Source: Polymyxa betae A26-41
Lineage: Eukaryota > Protista > Endomyxa: Phytomyxea
Direction: 5' to 3'
Assembly: GCA_003693705.1 (NCBI GenBank)
Contig: RBZT01000545.1
Location: forward strand, 1-64,000
Length of the DNA stretch: 64,000 nt
Shown: positions 1-11,700 of the stretch, one piece after another
Layout: each line of letters opens with the position of its first letter
How positions within the stretch are numbered: position 1 is the first letter of the stretch
The notes under the pieces: generated by a model
Seen by the model: the letters and a program-made list of their open reading frames with translations, nothing else
Database searches by the model: none
What the model was told of the DNA's origin: nothing
Position numbers and translations under genes: made by a program

Positions 1-600
1 AATTGTTAGTAATGTAGCCAGAAATGTACTGATTTTGATTTTTCAGAATTTGTTGTCATTCCCTAATGACCACAAATTATTACATCCAAGAATGAATCGG
101 CGACCTTCTGTTTCTGTATATAGATGGGTTTTCAGTCAATCCCGGAAATTGTACGTCTGTGAGAATGCATGCATCAGAATGGTTAAGTATTTGTTTGCTC
201 CAACAAGTTACTGGCATCTCGCCCTTGAAACTTGCTTTCCTTATGGGTAATCATCCGCAACATTCATAGGGACAGCCCTGGCATCACAATGACTGGGTAA
301 CTATGCCGAACTCTCAGCTTTCACAGCGATTGATCAACTCATGCGACACTAATGATATAAGAGGTCATCCATTATTTCAGGCGACCGGCCATATTTCCAA
401 TAGCCGTACATCTTATATCATTATATGGTTCGCTTCCTGAGCTTGAGCACCACTAGTCACCGGTATTACGCACCCTCAAGCGGGCCGTATGCCTAGTGGG
501 CCGCAGACACGGAAAGCTTGCCACGTCGATGCGCTGCTGCGATTGGGAAGAGACGTTGTTGACACAGATTTCTGATGGGAGCCAGGGACAACCTCAGTAG

Positions 601-900
601 AAGATTATGATTGTTTATTTGATAGAAGATGGGGTAGGAGGGATTTCAGAGTTATATACAATGTAATCAAGGGCGACAAAATTAAAATTTATTATTTTGA
701 TTATGAGAAATTTCAAGATTGTGTATTTGTAGATAAAGAAGTAGGACAGAAAGAGTTAAAGTTTTTAAATTAAACTTGAATATTTGTATCAATGGGAAAA
801 TGAAATTGTATAGATAATATTGGAAAAACGATTGATGAAAAAGTCGAGAAAATGAACAGAAAGAAAGATTTGAATGACAACGACAAATATTGTACTCGAA
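601..900 (+). other. AT-rich, strongly purine-skewed segment with broken coding-like frames (possible foreign/viral relic)
   Basis: About 27% GC by hand count, with only ~10 C in 601-840. One frame reads DRRWGRRDFRVIYNVIKGDKIKIYYFDYEKFQDCVFVDKEVGQKELKFLN* and continues through stops. Confidence 0.35.
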
Positions 901-1676
901 ACTCTAGAAGGCCATAAACCGTACGTAACCTTACATTAAAGCACAAGCATATTCGCTCATTCCTGACCCAAATGCAACGAACGTCCCTAATTCAAATGGC
1001 TGACCAGATTCGTCCACGGTAACGGGCCGCTGGTGTCGTTTATCTCATCGTTGGTGCTACAATCAACCTGGTCCGGATCGCTCTGGACTATCTCAGGTCA
1101 CGATCATTTGGCCAAATGGCGTCCCCCGACTGCTAACCCTAGCGCATGTTCATGCCGAACAAACATGTCGAAGTCGCAGGGAGAATTATCAGCTCAATTA
1201 AGTGACCATTGAAGTCCTTTAGTCCATGTGTTTAGGAGACAGCACCGCCTTCTGATGCTCGATGAAAATCGACGAACTTCTCAAATCCAATCATAAACAG
1301 CTTTGTTGTAAATGTGACTTGCAATCCGTTCTTGAGCAATTTCAGACTTGCGCTGGGATATTTTGTTCTGGGTCTCTCACACACAAAGGACGACTTTCTT
1401 AATAATTTCATATTAAATTCGGACTGAAAACGGCTTTCTCCTCACCCAAGGACTCACTGCACTAATCGTTAATGAGCAGACGACAGATTTGCTTACCCCT
1501 GTAATCATGCTTCCGGCTTTTGAGGATAGCGATTTGTGATCAATTACTTAATATGTCAATCTATAAAAATGGTGAACCTCACAAAGAAACCGGAACCATT
1601 ATCGCAACTGCAGACGAACTCTCGAGATCTGTGACAACCGAACTAATTGTAAATTGGTCACAGATCCATACAGTCA

Positions 1677-2533
1677 TGGTTTCAACGGTCATCGAACATG
1701 ACCGCCATCGGTTTTACGATGAACTGGAGAAAAGCATAACAACGACAAACTATCCGGATCCATCACTAGGTAACCAGTCAATTGACGATAACAAGACGGA
1801 TTAACGATAATATTAGAGGACAAATATCGAGTCCTGTTTGATCGAGATTTGTCTGTTGAGATTCGCCCAGCTGGTGGTTATGGCGATGAGGAAGAATGTG
1901 GCCAACTCGAATCCATAACAGCTCGCTTGTTAATAAGTGTAAAATCGACCAAATCCGAAGATAAAAACTGAACTGGACCGAACAGGGCGATGACAAATCG
2001 CCATCTCGAATCAAGCTCGATCTAAGTTCGGAATCGAATATCTTTTTCTATTATCATTGTACATTAGACGCAACCAGATTCGAATCCTTAAAGCAAGCTC
2101 AGGATTTGAATATCGTGTTTGCCGATCTTTCTGCTGTTTTAATCAGGGCTATGAATGAATGTATACAAAATGCACACAATAGCATGGCGATATTACAGGT
2201 CAGGGTGGTTGAAAAGGCATCGGTTCAAAATGTTAAATGAATATAAGATGAAAGCTGATGGTGATGGAGTGCTGAAGTTCCTACAAAATATGGCGAATTT
2301 AAGATTCATTGAGTTGATGTCGCTAACTTTGAAACCGGCGTCAGAAGGATATGTTCGTGATGTGATAACATATCGATATAACAGGCTTAAGGTTGGCGCA
2401 CGACTCTAATGGGATGCAATGACGTAATTGTAAACAGAATCGCCTAGCATTAGATCATGGACGAATGGAACGAATCCTGGATGTGATTCGTCACCGCGAT
2501 GGATCCCTATTAGCATTGGTCGACGAGAAATAA
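1677..2533 (+). CDS. SAS6L: SAS-6-like protein (SAS6L), multi-exon
   Basis: Spliced: ...YPDPSL|EDKYRVLFDRDLSVEIR...RIKLDLSSESNIFFYYHCTLD...QDLNIVFADLSAVLIRAMNECI...LKFLQNMANLRFIELMSL...VITYRYNRLK. This is a SAS-6 head fold followed by only a short coil, as in SAS6L. GT-AG introns. Confidence 0.8.
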
Positions 2534-2768
2534 CTGATTGTTCAATAAAGAAGGGAACCCTTTTTCCCATCATTTCAGATTCTCAGAAATTCGCCTTTTG
2601 CAACACGCACAATTCTCGCTTTTTCCAATAAATATTCAACGGTTATCCACTTGGCACTTGAATTCTCAGTCACGCAATAATTTCAATGTCAGTCAATCAA
2701 ATTACGCACAATTTAAATCTGTAATTGACTTTATTTTTGATTCTGCTGTCCATAATAATAACCGCCAC

Positions 2769-3689
2769 ATGGTGTCTCTCGCCAATGATTGGCTTGCTTT
2801 ACATGATCAAACTGAGGCCAAAGTACAGATGTCATCTTGACGCTACATCACTTAACGGCTTGACCTTAGATTGTTGATTTAAGCAAACTGCTTGCCAAAT
2901 CTGAGAGAACTCCCAGGATAAAGCGAGATATCCGCAATGCTGGTTGCCAGATTGATGCCTGATTCGCCTCCTGTTGATATTTTTTTCAGGATCTATTCTG
3001 ACGGCTAACATCAAAATCTTAGAAGAAGCTCTCGAAAAGACCCTCGATCAAAGCAAACTGTAGGTGGCCTCTACTCTTTCCTCTCCATACTTACAGGGAT
3101 TATTTCAGAGGAGAAACGGAGCATGAGCGCCGAAAAACGATGTTGCAGGATTTAAAGGACAGAGTTCTGTTTACACAAGCGCCACAGAAGCCTCCAGAGC
3201 CTAGTGTCTCAGTGTCTATAGCTGTCGAGACTCCTGAAACAGCAAATCAATCGAACTCTCAGCTTACACAGTAACGCTTTTGCTGTTATCTGAAGTAATA
3301 TTTACTCTGCTGATTCAGAAGGCAAGAAGAGGATTTCACGCAACACGAAGAGAAGCTTGGCGATATTCTGAATGGAGTTGGAAGGTTAAGGAATATGGGA
3401 GAAGACATTAACGCCGAATTGCTACTTCATGCTGAGCTTCTTAGCGATTTGGATCGGTATTTCCTTCTTTATTGCACTTCTATTTTACTGATACAAGTTT
3501 AGAGGAATGGACAGCACACATCATAGTCTGATTCAAGGCTCGAATCGAGCTACGCTTCTGATGAAAAAGGATTCCAGTTGCACCGGGTTATTTGTCATTT
3601 TCGTTCTTCTCCTTATAATTGTTGTGTAAGCTTCGTATTTTATTGACTTTATTCTTGCTTATTGTTTCTGTAGACTATTGGTTCTCTAG
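2769..3689 (+). CDS. Qc-SNARE (syntaxin-8/SYP5-like), multi-exon
   Basis: N-terminal helical bundle, SNARE heptad (HEEKLGDILNGVGRLRNMGEDINAELLLHAELLSDLD) and C-terminal TM anchor (CTGLFVIFVLLLIIVV...). Confidence 0.75.
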
Positions 3690-4090
3690 TTTATGATTAA
3701 TTCCGTTAAAATACATAATATCAGTATACCATCGCGATGGAAGTACCTGAATTTCAATGTCGAATCTAAAAGTTCCCAGCAGAATGAATTATTTCGCAGA
3801 TATCAAATAATGAAGCGTCTTTTGACGTAAGTGTTGGATGACACTATACTTTTTTAGCTCAACGTACGATCACTATCGATTTGAACAGCTTCTTTTCGTC
3901 GCTTCTTTAAAGCTTAGTTAAGGCGTTCTAAGCAATATGCGAAGAACGATTTCATCGTTAAAGTCCTGGTATTCTGATTGTTTGGGATATATGTTAAGCT
4001 GATCGGAACCGTGCAGATCCGTCCGAACCACATCTGGTCGATATCGCACATGAACCCGATTTCCGTATTTCCGATCTGTCATCATTGACA

Positions 4091-6602
4091 ATGGGATGGA
4101 TCCGGAAAGCAGCAATCGCATGCGCCGGTTTGATGGCGTTGTCCATATTGTGTTTGTACATTCTGCATGATGATCTCATCTTTCTGGGGAATCATTCGCA
4201 GACCTATCGAGTCGTCAAAAGCTCCAAGCCATTATCATTTTCTGAGTATCCCACCTATAATCAATCACTTACATGCAATCCAGTTTTAATAGAGTCCATT
4301 CCCTTCCCATCGCCTAGACCACTCCCTCATTCCAATCCCGCCAATTTCTGTCAACGATCGGACTCGTTCTCTGAACTCGACCATGAGAACAACGCGATTA
4401 CAATCTGGGAATCGTGCTCCGGACCAGTACAGATTATACTCAGCGATGGCTATAAAATGTCCATGCAACTTCTGAGGTCCAGTCCCGGTTCTGTTCCTCT
4501 GAATGACGCTCAGCAGATTGTCGTCAAATGTCTTTCAAACGGTCTTGTTGATACTCATATTCGGGTCCTTCTTCCTGATAGTAAAGACTCAGCTCCAAAT
4601 CCCTCTAAACCTCATTTCATAGTACTGGTTGTCGATTCCGTTGCTCGAGCTCAGTTTATTCGGCAATTCCCAGCCACATGCTCAGTTCTGCAAAAAATCT
4701 CGCAACAGCAGATTTCTGACCGACATCGTGTTTATGGCTTCTCGAGGTATAGTACCGGTGGTGTAGGAACAGCTGGCAATCTCGTCCCAATCTTATCCGG
4801 ACATTCAATCCGGCCTTGGCGTTCTCGGCACCAATTATTGGACTTATTGAATGTAAGCAGGGTCGAACGACATCAACATGATGGGAACCTTCTATCATTA
4901 TTTAAATCGAATGGATATTTGACATCATTGATGGACGAAAGCGGCCCGTATTGGTCTTCGTCTTTGATCCGCTACTTCTCATCGCCTCTTGCGAACGAAG
5001 GCGACATCGACGGAATTTTACGATCGTTGACTGATTGGAGTTTCTACTCGATGGTTGATACCATGCTGAAAGCTGGCGCGCCTTTCGACCCGAAACTTAT
5101 CTATGCTGATAGTAATATTACAGCACTATGTGTTGGTGATCAAACATTGGAACAGATCGAGTTTCAGCGGTTACGGCAGATGCTGAAAGTTGCCAGCAAT
5201 AACAATCAGCCACTGTTTTCAGTCTCGTTATTTAACACGGGCCACGAACCTCGTGTTATTCGAGCTCCCACGCTCGATCACCCATTAGCTGTATGCCATT
5301 TTGCCTTTTCGGACATTATCTTGAATTTCTTTAATTGATTATGGTTAATACGTTTTACAGGAATTTCTGGAAGACTCGATAAGGTCGCATGAGAATTTGG
5401 CGTTGATATTGATGTCGGATCATGGAATCGGGTATGGACCTTATGCCATTAGCGATGTGGGCATATTTGAGAACAAACTTCCTACTCTGTTCATGATTCT
5501 CCCTGAATCACTTTCAATGACACCCATTCAGAGACACAACCTTGAAAGCAACCAAGACCGGTTGGTATTTCCTCTGGATCTTTATGAAACTCTTTCGTAC
5601 TTTGCCAATCCATCCGTCTACAACTCGGACGATATCCCAGACGGCGAAGGGGCCTCATTATTGCATCATATCCAACCTGCATGGAGGAACTGTACGTCGG
5701 TCGTGGGTCGATACGACGTCGACTACAAGTTCTGTGCCTGCGTCTTACGACGTCCGCTTCGTTCGCATCTGTTCGGTTTGTTCGCTCAGCTTATCGTCAA
5801 TTATATCAATAACGAAGCTGCTATCAATCCAGCCTGCGAACCGGTATATCTGCACCATTCAGGATCTTTCCTCGCTTTCGCTCTAGATGAGTTTGATCGT
5901 ACTGGCCCGGGACGAATCGCAATCAAGACGACCGTAACGTCGCCGAGTGTTCAGCAGCATCCTGAACGAAGTACAAATGGAACCGAAATTTTCACTGGGT
6001 ACTTTAAGAGGAGTTTGAAGAGCTCTGGAGATAGTGTGGAGATTGAGATCGGGCAAATATGGGATACTATTAGGAAGCAATTTCTAGGCCCTGTAGCGAT
6101 CATTGATCGCGATTATCACCAAGATCTTGTTCATGTTCTTATTCGTAGCAACAGTAAGCGATTGTTCCAGCAGTCACTTCGTATCGATCTTTATCATCTT
6201 GATATTCCAACATCCAAGCTTGTCATGTCATTCCATCTAGACCAGGATGTTGCAGAAAACGAGACTGTCATTAGATTAGGAAGAGCCGATCAATTTGCTC
6301 CTGGAAGATGGTGGGCAATACTCAAGTCTGGCAGTATGATCATATCGAAATCCGATTTCATCGTGATCAGTTCTTCGACGTTGTCGGCCTCTAGAACAGG
6401 CGATGTATTGCTAAATGGAATCTGGGAGGTGGATTCGGTTCGTCGAGATACCGAATTCGGCCAGTACGAATTTTGTTCTGGCCCAACACCTATTCTTTCG
6501 TTCTGTCTATGCAACGTATCCAGACGATTCGCTCCTGATCCAACCCATTGGAATTCGGTCGGAAACCCACTTCAAACTCCTCCTAGAACTCAGTTTATAT
6601 GA
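4091..6602 (+). CDS. DUF229-family (alkaline phosphatase/sulfatase superfamily) type II membrane protein with a Xylo_C-like C-terminal domain; 2 exons (intron ~5291-5360)
   Basis: N-terminal signal anchor and DUF229 motifs VVDSVARAQFIRQFPAT, LMSDHG, ENKLPTLF, NQDRLVFPLDLYETL, RNC...CAC and terminal FCLC. Confidence 0.8.
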
Positions 6603-6773
6603 TTTTGATATAAAAAGACATTCATTCTACTGCCTTGTCAGTAAAACACGGATTTCTACAGAGTTTCGATTACACTTAAACATAGAGGTATTTAGTTTAT
6701 AGACGATTAATCTGTTCTGTAACTCGTGTCAAAGTTGCAATTGAAATACAGAATAGAGATTAGAACGGTGTAC

Positions 6774-7598
6774 TACAGCTCTGGATTACTGAATGCTGAA
6801 TTTATTGTCCGCAAAGTTCCCGGGGTGAACCGGACTGAAACTGCATCATTGGCATCTATCAGCACACGATTCATGCTGATTTAATCGAGTAATTGTTAGT
6901 GTCACCTCGATCCTTTGCAACAATGCTCCTGACCTATCATCAATTCACAAATATTCCCAATTTCCCAATTACCAATCATCTGATATAGCGTTATTGTTGG
7001 TGGTATGAGTATTTGTCCTTGGTCTCCTTACGGTCTGCGTTCTCTGATTGTCATAGACATTAGAATGAACAGCCTCAATGCCATGCCTGTGAAGAAATCA
7101 ACTTTCAACGATGATTCAATCTACAGACAGCTGTGTTGCCGTGATTTTTTGCCGATCATTCTTGGTTTTGATTAAATTGTGCATCAGACCTGGCTTGGTT
7201 ATTCACTCTACTAATTATTATTCAGTTGAATTTGATTCAAGAACAGAAGCCACATCATCTGACGACTGATTCAGATGATACTTATTCACTACTGGTATTA
7301 GCAATAATCCATTAATAACTACAGAGATTACGAATCCAAGTGCAACGAATCGTTCAAACATTTCTACTGGATTATCAACCTGGAACGAGAAACTTGGACC
7401 AGACAGCAATTTTTTTCTGATCCAAAGCGTTTACATTCCTCAGTGACAACGACCTGGTCCTAGTATGCATGAAACTCATCGAGGTCTGCAGGCTTGTTAG
7501 ATACTAAAAAACATAATTCCAAGGGCAGATATGGCATGACCGACTATAAGAAACTCGAATTCATTTATTAAGAGTGAATAGCAGATTATTATGAGCAT
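6774..7598 (-). CDS. Hypothetical small membrane protein, multi-exon; boundaries uncertain
   Basis: Spliceable hydrophobic exons (FLIVGHAISALGIMFF; FERFVALGFVISVVINGLLLIPVV); the putative last exon ends ...RTINSAFSNPEL*. Confidence 0.35.
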
Positions 7599-7684
7599 GG
7601 GTCATGGGGAGCGAGAGAGGAGGAAGGAGACCTTCACTTTTATGAGGAGAGGTTGCGTCACTACAACCACATTACAACTCAACA

Positions 7685-8367
7685 ATGATCACCAAGATGG
7701 AAATCAATGCAGATAACAGCTGTATGTAAAACACAGACCATATGTACCGGGTTCTTACTCCAATCTATAGGTTTATTCAATGCTATAGGGTCGTGATTCG
7801 TGAATCCTCTTCTCACTATGGATGATGCTGACTGCTGGTTTCAGGCATGTCGTCAGGACGATGGGCTGTCAGGCGGATCATGCTCCTGCTATGAGGGCCA
7901 TTGTGGTATCTGTGATCCAGTCTGCACCAGATAAATATACAGATGCATTTCTGGGGAAACCTATTAATGAATACTGCAAATGGATTATGAACGAAGAGAG
8001 CTGGGGTGGAGAGATTGAACTTGATATTTTTAGTACATTTTATCAAATTCAGATTAATGTTGTTGACATCCGGGCCAAAATGATCCACAAGTATGGGGAA
8101 TATGCTTTATGCTGTTATTTGCTGTACGATGGCATCCATTATGATGTCCTTCAAGATAATTCAGGACAATGTCTTTTCGAGCCGGAAGATAAAGTCACTT
8201 CAGATGCTATGCTCAGTTTCGGTGTCAATGCCAATTTACAGCATGCTTACACTGATGTCAGCAGCTTTCAACTCAAATGTGACATTTGCAAAGAAGGACT
8301 AAAAGGACAGAAAGATGCTGTTCAACATGCAAAGCGGACTGGGCATGCTTCCTTTTCTGAATTCTAA
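7685..8367 (+). CDS. OTU1: OTU1/YOD1-type deubiquitinase (OTU + C2H2 zinc finger, no UBL domain)
   Basis: Spliced N-terminus MITKMEINADNSC|LFNAIG with catalytic Cys; WGGEIEL; YDGIHYD (catalytic His); C-terminal LKCDICKEGLKGQKDAVQHAKRTGH. Confidence 0.9.
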
Positions 8368-8779
8368 TTTTCCATTGTATATACGTATCATTTATAATAG
8401 ATCGTGTTCTGATGAATGTCCCGGTAGAAATGAATCACCTTTTTGTGAAATTTCCCTCAAGTTATCCCAACGCATTGGAGCTAGAAAAATGCCAATATTA
8501 AAAACAGAATGATTACTGCAAGCTTGATTTTTAACCTGTATTGTGATTACAATATTTAGATAGCAAAAGTTGAAGCATGCCGAATTTGGAAATCGTCGAC
8601 ATCGCCGCATGATACTCAATTCGGAAAATCTTACAAAAAATCATACGTCCATTGTGCTTGACTATTTATTTTAATACTTTACACAAAGTATGTCAAACAC
8701 AAGCCTTATTATGGCTTTTGGAATGCAGATAAAAAAACCGTATTGTCAGCTGATGCCTTTGATCTTGCTACTTGACGCC

Positions 8780-11700
8780 TTATAAGATCTCGATCCATGT
8801 TTGAGCCGTGCTGTAGGTCAAAATATTGTCCCCGTCCCCAATTCCTAGAATCTCATTTGTGATCTGTGAAGGAAGGACACTACACGATTTACTGATTGTT
8901 GCGACATCGTAGTCACCCGTGTTCAATGCTGATGTGTAGATCAAGTTCCTGAGTTCATACTGAATCTCTGATATGTTGGTCGACGACGCTGTTAGCATAA
9001 TTAACGGAAATAATAGCAAACCTGACAGCCTTACCAATTGTGGTCGATTTAGTTCCATATCTGAAGCTCACATTACAGAATAAAAAGGTATCAGATTCAT
9101 ACGGGACGCGAGATATCGTGACGTTTGCAAACACCTTCGTCGGCGTGTTTGCCAAAATGTTGATCGTATCATCGAGCGAAATTACAACAGGATCTTCGAT
9201 ACCCAAAACGGAAATGGGGCAAGATTTGATATCTATAGGCGTTCCTGTTGTATCATTCAACACTATTCTTAACGAATCGCGTCCATTAAAGTTCGCCAAA
9301 GGTTGATATCGAAGAACCAAGCTTGATAATGAGGATTTGTGCAGCAATAAATCTGATGAGCCGAAAAAATATGAAACATCGCCATTGACAACAGCGATTG
9401 TTCCTATTATAAAAGTAAGTTATTTTTTTCCGAAGAATGGTTGCTTACCATTATATGTCTCCAGCGATAAGCGATACAGTATGTCTGCATCTTGTGAAGC
9501 GTCGTAATCAGGATCTGCGATATCTACCGATTGCTCATCAGAAAAAGTTTGGCCAGAAAGTTAGCACGTTACTTTGAAGTAATGAGAAAGGTGGTAAATA
9601 AATGTAATGATCTTCATTAACTGAAGCAACAGTAGAACAATTCAGATTCAAGACTGGTGCATCTGGTTCAGGCAGAACAATAATAGGAACAGTCTTAGAC
9701 AGCAATGTTTGGCCGTCCTGTGTAAGCAAGCTCAGATCAGATTCACAGAACCGAAATAACATACCGAGACAGAAACGCTGAGAGAGGCTTGGAATCCGTT
9801 CCAGTTTAGTTTGGGCCTTATGGAGACATTTTGTAATGCATTGCTGATCGCAGCAACGTCAGCAGTCAAGCTACTAACCCCCCCAGATATCGTTGCTAGA
9901 AAAATCAAACTCTAATGTTTGCATTACAAGTATTCATACCATTTAAATAAAGACCACCGTCTACTGTTGCTGTGAATGCCACATTTGAATTGTCGTCGGA
10001 ATCCTTTAAGGTGAAGTTCAAGAAAGTTATTGTATCCTCAGATGTTAAAATGGGCAAGTTGACATTTTCCAGAGTCAAGGACGGTGGATGGTTCACATGA
10101 GATATTGTAACTAACGAACTCGCATTTGTCCTACAAACAAAGTTTCATCACATGTTATAATAATAGCTGATGATAACCATTACCATTCGACGCTGTCAGC
10201 ACCAGAGTATCCGTTGTCGCTAGCCCATATGAAGATTGTAGCATTTCCGTGATATAAAGGAAACGACAATTCCAACTAAGAGCATATTATTCAAGAGCAA
10301 CAAATTCGACAACAACTTACGTTCTGTAAGGCCTCATTGACGCGTTCTAATGATCCGTTGAAATCAATGCGAGAATTAGTCAGTACCGAGGTGTGCAAGC
10401 CAAGCAAAGAACCAAGTGTCAGTATTGCTGCTAAAAGATCAAGGATAACACAGCACAACTAGCAATTGATACAAACCTGTTTCCGGAACGGTGTAAACAG
10501 ATACAGATAAATAAGGTTCGGCAGCATCATTAAGATCAACGTCAGCGACGGTAACGTTTCTAAAAGCAAGCACACATGACATGTAATGTAACGTTAACGT
10601 ATCACCATACATATTGAGAGAAGCGTCTTCTGCAGTAGCAAATGTTGGGGACACCAAAACTGTAGGTGCATCATTAACTGGGGTAACAGAAACCTCGAGT
10701 CGAGCCTGTAGTTGGTCCTCGATTTGGAAAACGATCACGTCATTGGGATTGAGACCCGAGTTCCAGTTCGGAGCGGGTGTATAGACTAAGTAAATGATCA
10801 GCACAGCTTAGAGAAGAAGGACAAACGGAACCTATTGTGAAATTATGGAACGATTCTGTTATTAGTATTTGCAGCGTGATATTATTCGACGAAGATTGGA
10901 TAGCAACGGAGACATTATTTGCCGGTAGTAAATCTAAGGTGGATTCAAGGACAGATGCGACTATGGTCAGGTTTATCCAAGATTGCAGGGAATTGACACC
11001 GAAGACGGTCACATCAATGGGCATTGCGGTATCCTCTAATGTGGTTCGATGAAGTCCTTCAACCAGTAAAATCTGAGCAGGATTATGCAGCAACGTAACA
11101 GGCAACTCTGATGTCACATTCTTGTTGACATCCAAATCTGTGCAAAAACATGATTAATCAATACTTCATAAGAAAGCAGGTACGTACCAGTTACAACAAT
11201 ATTGATGACATCAGCAAAGGGTTTGTTCGGGCTGCCATTGTAAGTGATAAAATGTTGATTTACAGCAGAATGTAAACGATTTATAGGACCACTCAGATAA
11301 ATATGATGTGATCCGACCCTATACAAACGACTGTTACAAGAAGTGATGAGATGCTCAGAAAGAATACTCATCAATATTGATGCTAACTCCAGTAAGTTGA
11401 ACGAAGTCGCAGTGGAAACTTCCATCGATAGCTTGTAAGAGCAACTTATAACGAGAGTATATCGATTCCCCAGCGTCTGAGCGTCATTTAACCAACATTC
11501 GGTAGCTATTGCCATATTGCTGGGGTATTATTACCTGGATCTGTCAAATTGATACACGCTGCTAAAGACGTTGGGACTCTTAAGCTCGTTGAAAGAACTT
11601 CACTGCAACGCAACATGAATAAAGCCAAAAAAGAAATTGCCTGACTTCAGACCATGTGGATACAATTGGAACGTTATTGATTGGATTAATGAGAATGTCG

